64,000 bases of DNA. Origin: Vulcanimicrobiota bacterium. Its GTDB lineage: Bacteria; Vulcanimicrobiota; Vulcanimicrobiia; Vulcanimicrobiales; Vulcanimicrobiaceae. Positions 43,777-54,783 of the stretch are shown here, piece by piece. The notes beneath the pieces are model-generated. The model made no database searches. It saw only the letters and a list, made by a program, of their open reading frames with translations, and had not been told where the DNA came from. Numbering within the stretch: the first letter of the stretch is position 1; every line of letters starts with the position of its first letter. The DNA lies in contig OY970223.1 of the NCBI GenBank assembly GCA_963714015.1, forward strand, positions 2,336,001 through 2,400,000. Reading direction: 5' to 3'. Made by a program: the position numbers and the translations under genes.

Positions 43777-43777
43777 T

Positions 43778-44569
43778 ATGGTGAACGGCGACGGAACGAT
43801 GCCCGCAATCTTTTTTGGGCACGGCAATCCGATGAACGCCCTGGAACGAAACGCCTACACTCGCAAGTGGAACGAGGTCGGACGCGCCCTTCCCGCGCCC
43901 AAAGCGATCCTCGCCATCTCCGCGCATTGGTACGTCGAGCAGTCGGCCGTAACGATATCGACGCAGCCGCGCACGATTCACGATTTCGGCGGCTTTCCGC
44001 GAGAGCTGTACGAAGTTCAATACGGGGCGCCCGGCGATCCGCAGCTGGCCATGCGCGTGCAGTCTTTGCTTGCGCCGGTGGTCCAGGTGGCGCTCGACGA
44101 TCGCTGGGGTCTCGATCACGGCACCTGGTCGGTGCTGCGCCACGTCTTTCCCCAAGCCGATGTTCCGGTCGTCCAACTCAGCATCGACGAGACCAAGCCT
44201 CCCAGCTTTCATTACGAGATCGGACGACGTCTTGCGCCGTTGCGGGACGAGCGCGTTCTGATCCTCGGGAGCGGCAACGTCGTACACAATCTGCATGCGT
44301 TTGCCTGGGGTCGCCATCCCGTGCAGCCGTTCGAATGGGCGTCGCGCTTTGAAGGTCGCGTGCGCGACCACATCCTGAACGGTGAAATCGAGCCGCTCAT
44401 CGAGTACGAGTCGCTCGGCAGCGACGCATTGTTGTCCGTTCCGACACCCGATCACTATCTGCCGCTGCTCTACGTCTTGGGTACACGACGCAAGAGCGAC
44501 ACGATCGCGTTCCCCGTCGAGGGCGTGGACGGCGGCTCGGTCTCTATGCTTGCGGTGGACATCCGCTAA
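43778..44569 (+). CDS. ygiD: 4,5-DOPA extradiol dioxygenase family
   Basis: [38 protein letters not shown]. Confidence 0.92.
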   Translation: MVNGDGTMPAIFFGHGNPMNALERNAYTRKWNEVGRALPAPKAILAISAHWYVEQSAVTISTQPRTIHDFGGFPRELYEVQYGAPGDPQLAMRVQSLLAPVVQVALDDRWGLDHGTWSVLRHVFPQADVPVVQLSIDETKPPSFHYEIGRRLAPLRDERVLILGSGNVVHNLHAFAWGRHPVQPFEWASRFEGRVRDHILNGEIEPLIEYESLGSDALLSVPTPDHYLPLLYVLGTRRKSDTIAFPVEGVDGGSVSMLAVDIR

Positions 44570-44618
44570 CAGCCGCTCCTCCAAGGCCGCAGAGCCTCCC
44601 GGCGCCAACCAAGGGCGC

Positions 44619-45780
44619 ATGTTCCGCTATCTGACCGCCGGAGAGTCCCACGGTCCGGCGCTCGTGGGTATTTTGGACGGCATTCCGGCGCAGCTGCGCA
44701 TCGACGTCGAAAACATCGACGCGCAGTCTGAGCAAGCGTCAAGGCGGATACGGCCGCGGCGCGCGCATGAAGATCGAACGCGATCGGGTGGAGTTCTTGG
44801 CCGGCGTGCGCGGATCGTACACGCTCGGTTCGCCGATCGCCGCGATCGTGCGCAATCGTGACTTCGAGAACGTGCGAGAGCTCATGGACCCCGTTACCGG
44901 TCACGGCAAACCCTTGACCAACCCGCGGCCGGGGCATGCCGACTACGCCGGCGCACTCAAATACCGTCATCGCGATCTGCGCAACGTGCTCGAGCGCGCG
45001 AGTGCCCGCGAGACCACGATGCGCGTCTGCCTGGGGGCCATCTGTGCGGAATTTCTCGGTTCGCTCGGCATTACGACGCAGTCGTACGTGCATCGCATCG
45101 GTACGGTGGAAGCGCCCGAGCCCGAACGCGTGGTCCCCGGCGACGTTGAAAGCAGCGAGGTGCGCTGTCCCGAACCGGAAACCTCGGCGGCGATGATTGC
45201 GGCAATCGACGAAGCAAAGAAAGCCGGTGATACGCTCGGCGGACAATACGTCGTTCGCATCGACGGACTTCCTCCGGGAATCGGCAGCAATCGCCAGCCG
45301 GACACGCGGTTGGACGGCGTTCTCGCGGGCGCGCTGATGGGGATGCAGACCGTAAAAGCCGTCGAGGTTGGACTGGGCGCCGGCGTCGCGGAAAGACCGG
45401 GTTCGAGCGCGCACGACGTTTTTGCATTCGAAGGCGACGAAGTCGTGCGCCGGAGCAATCGTGCCGGCGGCATTGAAGGCGGAATGAGCAACGGCCAGGC
45501 GATCGTTCTGCGCGTCAGCGTGAAGCCGATTCCGACGCTGATGAAAGCGCTGCCGTCAGTGAATCTGCACGAGGGGACCGATGCGCCTGCGTCGATCGTG
45601 CGCAGCGACGTCTGCGTCGTTCCGGCAGCAGCGGTCGTCGGCGAGGCGATGGTGCGCCTGGCGCTGATGGCGCCGGTTCTTGAGAAATACGGCGGCGATT
45701 CGATGGAGGAAACGATCGACAATCTGCGCCGCAGCAATGCGGCGGCCGCAAGTTTGTTCGAAGTTCAAAAGCAGCCGTGA
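44619..45780 (+). CDS. aroC: Chorismate synthase (frameshift ~44730)
   Basis: [12 protein letters not shown], then [27 protein letters not shown]. Confidence 0.93.
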
Positions 45781-46301
45781 AGAATCACGTGGCGCTCACC
45801 GGTTTCATGGCGGCGGGCAAATCCACGATCGGCAGAAAATTGTCCCGCAAGCTCGGCATGACTTTTTACGACCTGGACGACTGCATCGTTCGCGAATACG
45901 GCGGCATCGCCGACATTTTTTACACGCAAGGCGAGGAGCAGTTCCGGATATACGAATGTGAAACGCTATCGCGTCTGCTCGACCAGACGAATCCGGGAAT
46001 CATCGCGCTGGGCGGCGGCGCCGTTACCTACGATCGCACCTTGAAGCTGTTAAAGAAGCGTACCTACCGGATCTTCGTGAAAGTGCCGCCCGAGCAGATC
46101 GTTGGCCGGCTGCGCAAGAGCCGCAACATTCGTCCGTTGATCGGCCCCTCGCCCTCTCTGTCACGCGTGCGGGAACTATACGAACAACGCATGCCGCGCT
46201 ACGCGCACGCCGATCTCGTGGTCGAAGCGGCCGACCTGACCACGACCCAAATCGTCGATCGAATCGCGGAATGGCTGCACAAGAACAAGATCCCGCGGTA
46301 A
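45777..46301 (+). CDS. aroK: Shikimate kinase
   Basis: GFMAAGKSTIG, GEEQFR, ALGGG, RP. Confidence 0.93.
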   Translation: MKNHVALTGFMAAGKSTIGRKLSRKLGMTFYDLDDCIVREYGGIADIFYTQGEEQFRIYECETLSRLLDQTNPGIIALGGGAVTYDRTLKLLKKRTYRIFVKVPPEQIVGRLRKSRNIRPLIGPSPSLSRVRELYEQRMPRYAHADLVVEAADLTTTQIVDRIAEWLHKNKIPR

Positions 46302-47356
46302 TCGACCTCGGTTACCCCGTCGTTGTTGCGGACTCCGGGTACGATCAGTTGCGCGCGTTCTTGCGCGGCCGCGCAGCACCGTTCGTAGTGCTCTGCGACG
46401 CGAACGTGGCCGATATGGCCGACCAGCTGACCCGCCGGATGCCGCAGCGGCGAGCGTTTCGAGCGTTCGCGCTGGGCGAGCGTCGGAAGCGGATGGTAAC
46501 GGTGGAGCGCGTGCTTGGCGAACTGATTGCGGCGGGCGCCGACCGCGGTACGGTCGCCGTCGGCGTCGGCGGCGGTGTTGCCGGCGACCTCTTCGGCTTT
46601 GCCGCCTCGATCTACATGCGCGGCATCCCGTACGTGCACGTCGCAACGAGCTTGGTGGCTATGGTCGATGCGGCCATCGGCGGCAAGAACGGTGTGGACC
46701 TGGCCGCCGGCAAGAACCTGGCCGGAACGTTCCGCGATCCCATCGCGGTCTTCGCTTGCACCGCCGCGCTGCGCACGCTCCCGTACCGTCATCTGCGCGA
46801 GGGTCTAGCGGAGATGATAAAGCACGGCATCATCGAGGGCGGAGAGGTCTTTCAGTCTTTGGAGACGCTTGCGCCTCATCCGTTTTGGCGCTGGCCTTGG
46901 GAGAGCATCGTGAGCGATTCGATCTCGGTGAAGGCGACAATCGTCCGTGAAGATCCGCACGAGCGCGGCGCGCGCGAAAGGCTGAATTTAGGACATACTT
47001 TCGCGCACGGCCTGGAAGGCGCGTCCGATTATCGCGTCTCGCACGGCGCCGCGGTTTCGGTCGGTTTGCGCGCCGCGGGACTCCTCGCACTGCAGAGCGG
47101 CACGTACTCTCGCGAGGATCATTTGCGCGTGCTGACGCTTCTGACGCTGCTTCGAATGCCGTTGCGTACCGCCCAGGCGCCCGCACGAGTCTTCCGGACA
47201 ATGCAAGCCGACAAGAAGAAGCGAAACAATACGCTGCGCTTTGTGCTGCCGCGCCGGATCGGCGAGGTGGAGTTCGGAATCAAGGTGCCCGAGTCCGCGG
47301 TTTTACACGTTCTGGAACGTATCACGCAGGTGCCGGGAGGCGGCGAATTCCGCTAG
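46271..47356 (+). CDS. aroB: 3-dehydroquinate synthase
   Basis: GGGVAGDL, DAAIGGKNG, LNLGHTFAH, HG, DKK. Confidence 0.93.
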   Translation: MAAQEQDPAVIDLGYPVVVADSGYDQLRAFLRGRAAPFVVLCDANVADMADQLTRRMPQRRAFRAFALGERRKRMVTVERVLGELIAAGADRGTVAVGVGGGVAGDLFGFAASIYMRGIPYVHVATSLVAMVDAAIGGKNGVDLAAGKNLAGTFRDPIAVFACTAALRTLPYRHLREGLAEMIKHGIIEGGEVFQSLETLAPHPFWRWPWESIVSDSISVKATIVREDPHERGARERLNLGHTFAHGLEGASDYRVSHGAAVSVGLRAAGLLALQSGTYSREDHLRVLTLLTLLRMPLRTAQAPARVFRTMQADKKKRNNTLRFVLPRRIGEVEFGIKVPESAVLHVLERITQVPGGGEFR

Positions 47357-49741
47357 ATCGCGCCGTCGACGTTTTAGCGGCCATTCGTTCGTCGCGCTTC
47401 GATCTGCCGCTCACCTATGACGCCGGAAACCTTGAACTGCGGATCGGCGACGTCGTCCGCATTCCAATCGGATCGCGCGAACACGTCGGCTACGTCATCT
47501 GCGAACCGCGTGCGATCGAGCGCGATCGGCCGCTGCGAGCGGTGCATCCGATGGCCGGCGTGCCGCGCGCTTTCGACGATGCCGGCCTTGCCCTGGCGCG
47601 GTTTGTCGCCAAGCGCTATCTTTGCACGCTCGGTGAGGCTCTCGGCGCGGTGGTCTTGAGCGGCGCCGTTCCGCGCATGGTGGACGCGTTCGTCGTTACC
47701 GTTGCTCAGCCGACTCGCAGTCGTTACCCATCGGTTCCGCAGCGGTTGGTTTCGCTTATTTGGGAAGACCTGCGCGAAGGTTTTACGTTGGAGCAGCTGC
47801 TTCGTCATCCGGCGGCTCGCCGCGCCGGAGATCGCAGGACGCTGCTTCGCTACGTCAACACCCTGGTGCGCAGCGGCGAACTGCGGCGCGAACGCCGGTT
47901 CGTAACCGCCGCGACGCAACCGTATCGCATCCGCGTTCTGCATCCCGGCGGGGGAGCGATTCGCGGGCCGAAGGCGCAAGCGCTGCTGGCGTTCGTGAGC
48001 GAACACCCGGGCGTCCCGCGCGCCGACGCGTTGCTTGCAGGTTTTTCGACCGCGCTCATTGCGCGCGCGACGAAAGCCGGTGCAATCGCCGAACGCTACA
48101 TCGCTCCCGCGCGCCGGCATACGGCGCCGATTTCGCGCGCCTCCACGTTGGTGCCCACACCGGAGCAAGGCGGCGCTATCGCCGCCATTGGACAGGCGCT
48201 CGAGCGTGCAAGTTTTTCCGAGCTGCTGCTCCACGGCGTCACCGGAAGCGGTAAGACGCTGGTCTACGTCCGCGCGATCGAACAAGTGCTGCGCACCGGC
48301 GGACGCGCAATCGTCCTGGTACCGGAAATATCGCTCACACCGCAAACGGCGCGGCGCTTCGAAGAAGCCTTCGGCGATCGCGTGTCCGTGCTGCATTCAG
48401 CCCTCTCCGAACGGGAGCGATACGAGGCTTGGCAGGCTTGTGCCAAAGGCGAGGTCGACGTCGTCGTCGGCGCGCGCAGCGCCGTATTCGCGCCCTTGCG
48501 CGGCGTGCGCCTCATCGTCGTGGACGAAGCGCACGAATCTTCCTATAAACAGGATACCGTACCGCGTTACCATGCCGTCGCGGTAGCGCGCGAGCGAATG
48601 CGTATAGAAGAAGGGACCCTCGTATTAGGCAGTGCGACGCCTTCGATCGAGAGCTATGCGCAAGCGATTGAAGGACGGATCTCGCTCCTCGAAATTCATC
48701 GGCGCGCGAGCGGTCTGCCCATGCCCGCAGTCCACGTCGTGGACATGGCCGAGGAATTCGAAAGCGGAAACCGCCGGATATTCAGCACGCGTCTGACGCA
48801 AGCGCTGGGCGAGCGCTTCGCCCGCGCTGAGAAGTCCGTGCTCTTCGTGAATCGCCGCGGAAGCGCAGGTTTTTTACTTTGCCGCACGTGCGGTTTCGTT
48901 CCGCGGTGCGCGCGCTGCAGCGTTTCGCTGACGGTGCACCGCTCCGAAGGACTGCTGCGCTGCCATTACTGCGATGCGCAGACTGTCCATTCCACGCGCA
49001 TGTCCGTCTTGCAAAGGGCAAAGCATCCGCGAGTTCGGCGTCGGAACCGAGCGCGTCGCGGAAGAGGTTTCACGCCTGTATCCGCAGGCGCGGGTCATTC
49101 GCATGGACAGCGACACGACGACCCGCATCGGAGATCACGCGCGGCTCCTCAGTGAGTTCGGCGATAACGCCGACGTGCTCGTCGGCACGCAGATGGTGGC
49201 CAAAGGCCTGGATTTTCCGACGGTGACGCTCGCCGGCGTGATCGCGGCAGACATCGGCTTGCATGCGCCGGATTTTCGCGCTGCGGAGCGCACCTTCGGG
49301 CTGATAGCGCAAGTGTGCGGGCGTAGCGGACGCGCGCGTCCCGGAGAGGCTATCGTTCAAACGTATTCGCCCGATCATCCCGCGATTGTGCTCGCGGCGC
49401 GGCATGACTATCACGGCTTCGCCGCCGGCGAACTCCAGGAACGCCGAATCTCGAACTATCCTCCGGCGTGCGAGTTGATTTACGTCGGCGTCATCGGCAG
49501 AAATCGCTCGAAGACGCACGCGCAGGCGCAGCGTTATGCGGCCGTTCTCAGTCAAGAGGCCGGCCCCGAAGTGCTCGGTCCGGCGCCGTATCCGATAGCC
49601 AGAATGAACGACGAATGGCGTTATCGCATCGCGCTCAAAGGCGTCTCGCGGGAACCGATGCGGCTCGCACTTCAGGATCGTGTTCTCCCGCTTGCGCGCG
49701 CCGAACGCGAGACTCGCTTGGTCGTAAATGTAGATCCGTAA
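47347..49741 (+). CDS. priA: Primosomal protein N' (start uncertain; frameshift ~48985)
   Basis: LTY...GDVVRIPIG N-terminus, GVTGSGKT, VDEAH, NRRG, zinc-finger cysteines, GTQMVAKGLDF, QVCGRSGR, NVDP end. Confidence 0.92.
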
Positions 49742-49753
49742 CCGGCGGGGTAT
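49730..49753 (+). promoter_or_regulatory. Candidate SigB/SigF-type promoter of mscS
   Basis: GTAG-N14-GGGTAT, 9 nt before the in-frame ATG at 49763; weak -35. Confidence 0.35.
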
Positions 49754-50836
49754 ATGGGGGCGATGCTTGCCGCCTCCGCGCCGACAGCGGCGCCGCTGCC
49801 CTCGGCTCTGCAAATTCCACCCATTCACGTAACGACCACCGCGCAGCTCTGGCCGCTGGTTTGGGTGGCGGGCGGACTCGCGGTCGGGGCCCTCGTCTAT
49901 GCCGTTCTGCTGCAGCCGCTGCGCCGCGCGAGCCGCGAGCACGGATGGCACGTCCTGAACGAAGTCACGTCGATCATCGGAGGCGTCGTCGTTCTTTGGG
50001 GCGGTCTTGCCGGCGTGTACCTCAGTCTCGATCACACGCACGTTTCGCCGCGAACCGAAACGTTCGTCGACCGCGCAACGGCTGCGCTTTTCGTGTTCTC
50101 ACTGACCTGGATCGCAGCGCGGTTCGCGTCGGCATGGATCGCGGCGTTCGGACGCCGGACCGAGAATCGGCTTTTTCCAGTCTCGCTCTACTCGACCATC
50201 GTTCAAGTCGTCATTCTCATCCTCGGCCTACTCACCGCACTCAGTTCGCTCGGCATTGCAATTGCGCCCATCCTCACGACGTTGGGACTGGGTGGTCTAG
50301 CCGTAGCGCTCGCCCTCAACGACACGCTCTCAAACTTGTTCGCCGGCGTGCAGATGGTGGCCGCGCGCCAAATTCGCGTCGGCGACTACGTGAAATTCGA
50401 CTTCGCCGAGGGCGAAGTCACCGACATTCAATGGCACAACACCACGATACGCAATCTTCAGAACAATCTGGTCGTCATTCCGAATTCGAAAATCAACACG
50501 TCGCCCTTTACCAACTACTCGATGTGCGTCTCGGATCTCATCATCAACGTCGACGCTATAGTTTCGTGGAAGCCCTCAGCCGAGGCTCTTGAAAAGATCG
50601 CCCTCAAAGCCGCGTGCGACTCCGTCGCCCAGGCCGCGGGAAAGGTCGAGAGCGAGCGCTGCCGCGTAGCGATTACCGCAATCAACGAAACGAACATTCA
50701 GATTACGGCCTACTTGTACGTCGGCCACATCGACAACCGGGCCCGCGCAGTCAGCGGCTATCTCCATCGCCTTCACGATGCGACTAGGGAGTCCCCTAAC
50801 GAAGCGCTACGCGAAGGGGCGCCCCCGGCACGATGA
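49754..50836 (+). CDS. MscS family mechanosensitive channel
   Basis: LGLGGLAVALALNDTLSNLFAG, IRVGDYV, IPNSKI. Confidence 0.9.
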   Translation: MGAMLAASAPTAAPLPSALQIPPIHVTTTAQLWPLVWVAGGLAVGALVYAVLLQPLRRASREHGWHVLNEVTSIIGGVVVLWGGLAGVYLSLDHTHVSPRTETFVDRATAALFVFSLTWIAARFASAWIAAFGRRTENRLFPVSLYSTIVQVVILILGLLTALSSLGIAIAPILTTLGLGGLAVALALNDTLSNLFAGVQMVAARQIRVGDYVKFDFAEGEVTDIQWHNTTIRNLQNNLVVIPNSKINTSPFTNYSMCVSDLIINVDAIVSWKPSAEALEKIALKAACDSVAQAAGKVESERCRVAITAINETNIQITAYLYVGHIDNRARAVSGYLHRLHDATRESPNEALREGAPPAR

Positions 50837-52032
50837 GCTGCGAGAGGAGCAGTCCGGCCACGATCAGTACCGCGGCGATGATCGCGTTAGCGGCCAGCGT
50901 AGCGGCATCAGTATAGTTGTGCGCTTGCACGACCCAGAGTATGCTTTGGTAACTCAGCGCCCCCGGCACCAGCACGTGAAGCGCGGGAACGAGCAGCACG
51001 GGCTGCGGCACGCGCAGATAACGGGCGCCCCCGTTAGCGACCAATCCGCAGACGAGCGCGGAAACAAACGGCGCAACTTGGTGCGCCGGCATGTCCCGAA
51101 AATAAAATGACGTTCCCAGGCCGACGAGGCTCGAAAGAAAGACCCAGTTGAAATCGCGCAAGCGCGCATCGAGGTCGATCGACAATCCGATCGAAAGAAG
51201 AATTGCGGCGGCAGCCCAATACAGCGGCCCCACCGGATGCGGGCGAACGTCCGCCGTGCCCGCAAAGGCGGTCCCGACCAGAGCTGAATCCTAGAAATGC
51301 GCCGCAACCCAACGTGAGCAGAATCGCAAACACCCGTCCCAGGCGCGCGGTTCCTGCAATGAGGTCTTGATTCGCCAATTCATTCAACGCCAAAGTCAAT
51401 GAGTATCCCGGCAGCAACACCACGACGCCGGCCACGATCGAGATGTACAGATTTACCGGAGCGATCCAATGTGAGTATGCGGCGACGATCAGCGTCGCGA
51501 CGAACGCCGCGATGACCTCGAACAGGCGATACATGACCTGATTGCGCTGTGTGAAGAAGGATAAAATCCCCGTCGCCGCGCCAATCAGACCGGCGACGGC
51601 CAGTTCGTTCACACCGCCGCCCAGCAAAACCGCGACGCCCAAAGCGACGCAGGCCAGCGCAAAAATGGACCGCAGGGCCGGCGGCGACGGGCAGAGCTTG
51701 TCGATCTGGCGCAGCTGAGCGATTGCGCGATCGAGATCGATGCGGTTGGTCTGTAATTCGTCGAAGAGCTCGTTCAGAAAGGCGAGCTTGCGCAGATTTA
51801 CCCGTCCGGGATCCAGGCGCAGCATCACGATCCGTTGAGCGTACCGCGGACCGACGGCAATAGTGACGTTCGTAGGCAGAGCGAATATCTCGATCTCCAA
51901 CCCGAGAACCCGCGCTGTTGCGCTAATCGTCTTTTCGAGTTGATCGGAATCGACGCCGGCGCGGTGCAGCTCATGCGCCAACTGGGCGATGAAGATCGCT
52001 TTCGGATCGTCTTGAATGAGCGAAGCCGCCAT
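50796..52032 (-). CDS. ThrE family threonine/serine exporter (frameshift ~51285)
   Basis: N-terminal soluble region, multiple TMs, LLPG and LVPG repeats split across two frames. Confidence 0.82.
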
Positions 52033-52049
52033 CGCGGGCGGCTTCCTCG

Positions 52050-52352
52050 TTACTTGCCGGCTTTCTTTTTGCTGCCGGAACTCCTCACGGCACTTGCCGG
52101 GGCGGGAGCGGAACCCGCTTTTGCGGCGGCCTTGGCCAGCCGCGACTTCTTGCGTGACGCTTTGTTTGGGTGAATGATGCCCTTTTGCGCGGCTTTGTCG
52201 AACTGCGCTTCGACGCCCTTCACCGCGCCGGCGTCGCCTGAACCGGCAGCCTTCTTATAAATCGTCTTCAGACGCGTTTTGACGTCCAGATTTCGCTGGG
52301 TACGTTTTTGGGACTGCCGCACCCATTTTTCGGCGGCCTTGATGTTTGGCAC
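52050..52352 (-). CDS. rpsT: 30S ribosomal protein S20
   Basis: MPNIKAAEKWVRQS...DKAAQKGIIHPNKASRKKSRL; Ala/Lys-rich tail. Confidence 0.96.
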   Translation of the reverse strand: MPNIKAAEKWVRQSQKRTQRNLDVKTRLKTIYKKAAGSGDAGAVKGVEAQFDKAAQKGIIHPNKASRKKSRLAKAAAKAGSAPAPASAVRSSGSKKKAGK

Positions 52353-52387
52353 GAATCTTTACTCCTTGCACTTCGGGCACGAGGCGG

Positions 52388-52396
52388 AGTATACCA
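52388..52396 (-). promoter_or_regulatory. Extended -10 promoter of rpsT
   Basis: TGGTATACT upstream of an AGGAG RBS. Confidence 0.5.
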
Positions 52397-52436
52397 TAGC
52401 CGGACCAGACCGGTCCAGCAAGGAAAGCGTCCGCGG

Positions 52437-53339
52437 TCAGACGTTTGTCACGGGGCGCAGCTGCCGGGGATTGAGGATTCGGCGGTAGCTGGCGTAGCGG
52501 CTCTCGGCAATGCTGCCGCTCTCGACGGCGTTCTTCACCGCGCACCCGGGCTCGTGGAGGTGGGTGCAGTCCTTAAAGCGGCAAAGTTGCGCCGGTCCCC
52601 GCATCTCACGAAAGGCTTCGACGAGCTCCTGCGGCCCGATGGCGCCCAGGCCGAACTCGGCCACGCCGGGGCTGTCTATAAGGAAGCCGTCCGCGAGGCG
52701 GTACAGCCGGGCCGCGCTCGTGGTCTGCCGTCCGAGGCCGCGGCGCGAGGTTTCGCCGACGACGGCCTCGCCGCCGAGCGCTCGAAAGATCGAGCTCTTA
52801 CCGACTCCTGAGATGCCGGACAGCATCGCATGGCGGCCGGTGAGCGCGCCCCTCAAGGCCTCGATGTTCTGCCCGGACTTCGGATTCACGATTAGAACCT
52901 GATAGCCTAATCCGGAATACAGAGACCGCAGCTGCTCCGCGAAGGCCGCTTCAGCCAGATCGGACTTCGTGAAGACCACCTGCGCGTCGAGCGATTCGAG
53001 TTCGGCAAATGCCAACAACTGATCGAGTGTAACCAGGCGTGGGGGCGGCTCGGCGAGGGACGTGACCGTGGCCAGCGTGTCGACGTTCGCCGCCATAATC
53101 TTGGACCGCCCTTCGGCCGAACGGCGTTGCAGTGTAAACGTGCGGTCGTGAACCCGGTCGATCAGCACGCGCCCGTCCTCGAGCATTCGCACGTCCACCG
53201 TATCGCCCGGCACGGGCATTGCGCGCCGGCCGGCGGCGCGCTTCAAGTCGGCGACGCGCGGTGCGGTTTCCGCGTTCAAAACGATCCATGCGGCGTTTTT
53301 ACCGACCGAGACGACGCGCGCCGGGAACGTTTCGCTCAC
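52437..53339 (-). CDS. rsgA: Ribosome small subunit-dependent GTPase A
   Basis: AANVD, TKSDL, GISGVGKSS, GRQTT, IDSPG, CRFKDCTHLHEPGCAV. Confidence 0.95.
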   Translation of the reverse strand: MSETFPARVVSVGKNAAWIVLNAETAPRVADLKRAAGRRAMPVPGDTVDVRMLEDGRVLIDRVHDRTFTLQRRSAEGRSKIMAANVDTLATVTSLAEPPPRLVTLDQLLAFAELESLDAQVVFTKSDLAEAAFAEQLRSLYSGLGYQVLIVNPKSGQNIEALRGALTGRHAMLSGISGVGKSSIFRALGGEAVVGETSRRGLGRQTTSAARLYRLADGFLIDSPGVAEFGLGAIGPQELVEAFREMRGPAQLCRFKDCTHLHEPGCAVKNAVESGSIAESRYASYRRILNPRQLRPVTNV

Positions 53340-53360
53340 GCGCCTAACGAGTAATCCACT

Positions 53361-53909
53361 GTGGATTGGGCCCGAACCCTGCGCGTGGACGAGCCGACGT
53401 CGGATTCGCTAAAGGAACAGATCGCCGCGTCGGTGCTTCGCGAGGGCGTGCGGATTGAGTTTGGAGCTCCATCTGCAATCGGCCGCACATACGCCTTGCT
53501 GCAAGGGCCGGCGAGCGTAGATCCCGCGGAACTCGAGGTCTGCGTGCCGTCCGCTCGATGGTACCCTGATGCGATCATTGCTTTGGCAATTGAACCCGCG
53601 CCGCCGGATGCCTTGCCGGTGCTCGCTCAAGCGCTGGGCGGGCTCGGGGCACCGGCGGGTGTCTGCGGCTGCGCCGCAATCGAAAACGAGCTCGTAGTCG
53701 AAGTGTCGCCTTCAGTCACCCCTGCGCGCTTGGTGCTTACCGTTGTCGACGTGGAGCTGCGCCGCTTCTCGGGTTTCCGTCGCACGCGACTGCTTACGCC
53801 GTTAACCGGCGGGGCACTCGCCGGCATCGCGGCCGCCGGATTGCAGGCGCCCGAGATTCAACCGGATCGCATCTTGGAATTGCTGCTGGAACGCGTCGAT
53901 GTTGAATAA
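53361..53909 (+). CDS. Hypothetical protein leading the cdaA operon
   Basis: 182-aa ORF whose end overlaps the cdaA start by 11 nt. Confidence 0.65.
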   Translation: MDWARTLRVDEPTSDSLKEQIAASVLREGVRIEFGAPSAIGRTYALLQGPASVDPAELEVCVPSARWYPDAIIALAIEPAPPDALPVLAQALGGLGAPAGVCGCAAIENELVVEVSPSVTPARLVLTVVDVELRRFSGFRRTRLLTPLTGGALAGIAAAGLQAPEIQPDRILELLLERVDVE

Positions 53910-54780
53910 CGTCCTGCAATACATCGGTCCGGCGGACGTGGTCGACATTCTGGCCACAAGTGTCTTGGCGTATTACCTGCTGCTGCTCATTCGCGGCACG
54001 CGCGCCGTCCAGATCCTCACCGGCGTACTGGTACTCGTGGCGCTTCTGGGCATAGCCAATCTCTTTCATCTGCTGCTGCTGGGCACGATTCTTTATTTGA
54101 TCGCGATCGGCGCGGCAGTCTCGCTGCCGATCATCTTTCAGCCCGAACTGCGGCGGGCACTCGAACAGATCGGGCGCGGCGGTTTTTTTCACTTCGGTGA
54201 AGGCGAAGAACGCGCAACCCGCACGGACGATAAGGTGATGGCGATAATTGCACAAGCCGCCTTCCTACTCTCGCGCAACAAGTACGGCGCACTGATCGTC
54301 ATCGAGCAGCAGACGGGGCTGAAGGAGTTCGTCGAGAGCGGCACCACGCTCAACGCGCTGCTTTCCGCAGAGCTGCTGCTGGCGATCTTTCTTCCGCGCT
54401 CGCCGCTGCACGACGGCGCAGTGATCGTCAAGGAAGAGATCGTCGAGGGTGCCGGCTGCTTTCTGCCGCTCGCGGAGCAGTCGCTGGCCGAACGACGGCT
54501 CGGAACGCGCCACCGCGCCGCCATAGGCGTAACCGAGCAAACCGATGCGGTGGTCGTGGTCGTTTCGGAAGAGAGCGGCGCGATCTCGCTGGCGCGCGAA
54601 GGCAAGCTCTCCCGTCCGATCGAGGACGAGTCGCGCCTTTTCCGCCTCCTGCTCGCGACGACGCGGCCCCGCCGCGAGCGGCGTGCGATTCGCGGCGACT
54701 TCGTAACGCAGCTGCGCGCACGGTTGACGCCGCCGCAGCGCGCCAAGAGCCACAACGAACCCAAGGCGGAGCACATGTAG
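53899..54780 (+). CDS. cdaA: Diadenylate cyclase
   Basis: Three TMs, FQPELRRALE, HDGA, GTRHRAA, VSEE. Confidence 0.95.
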   Translation: MLNNVLQYIGPADVVDILATSVLAYYLLLLIRGTRAVQILTGVLVLVALLGIANLFHLLLLGTILYLIAIGAAVSLPIIFQPELRRALEQIGRGGFFHFGEGEERATRTDDKVMAIIAQAAFLLSRNKYGALIVIEQQTGLKEFVESGTTLNALLSAELLLAIFLPRSPLHDGAVIVKEEIVEGAGCFLPLAEQSLAERRLGTRHRAAIGVTEQTDAVVVVVSEESGAISLAREGKLSRPIEDESRLFRLLLATTRPRRERRAIRGDFVTQLRARLTPPQRAKSHNEPKAEHM

Positions 54781-54783
54781 GCC

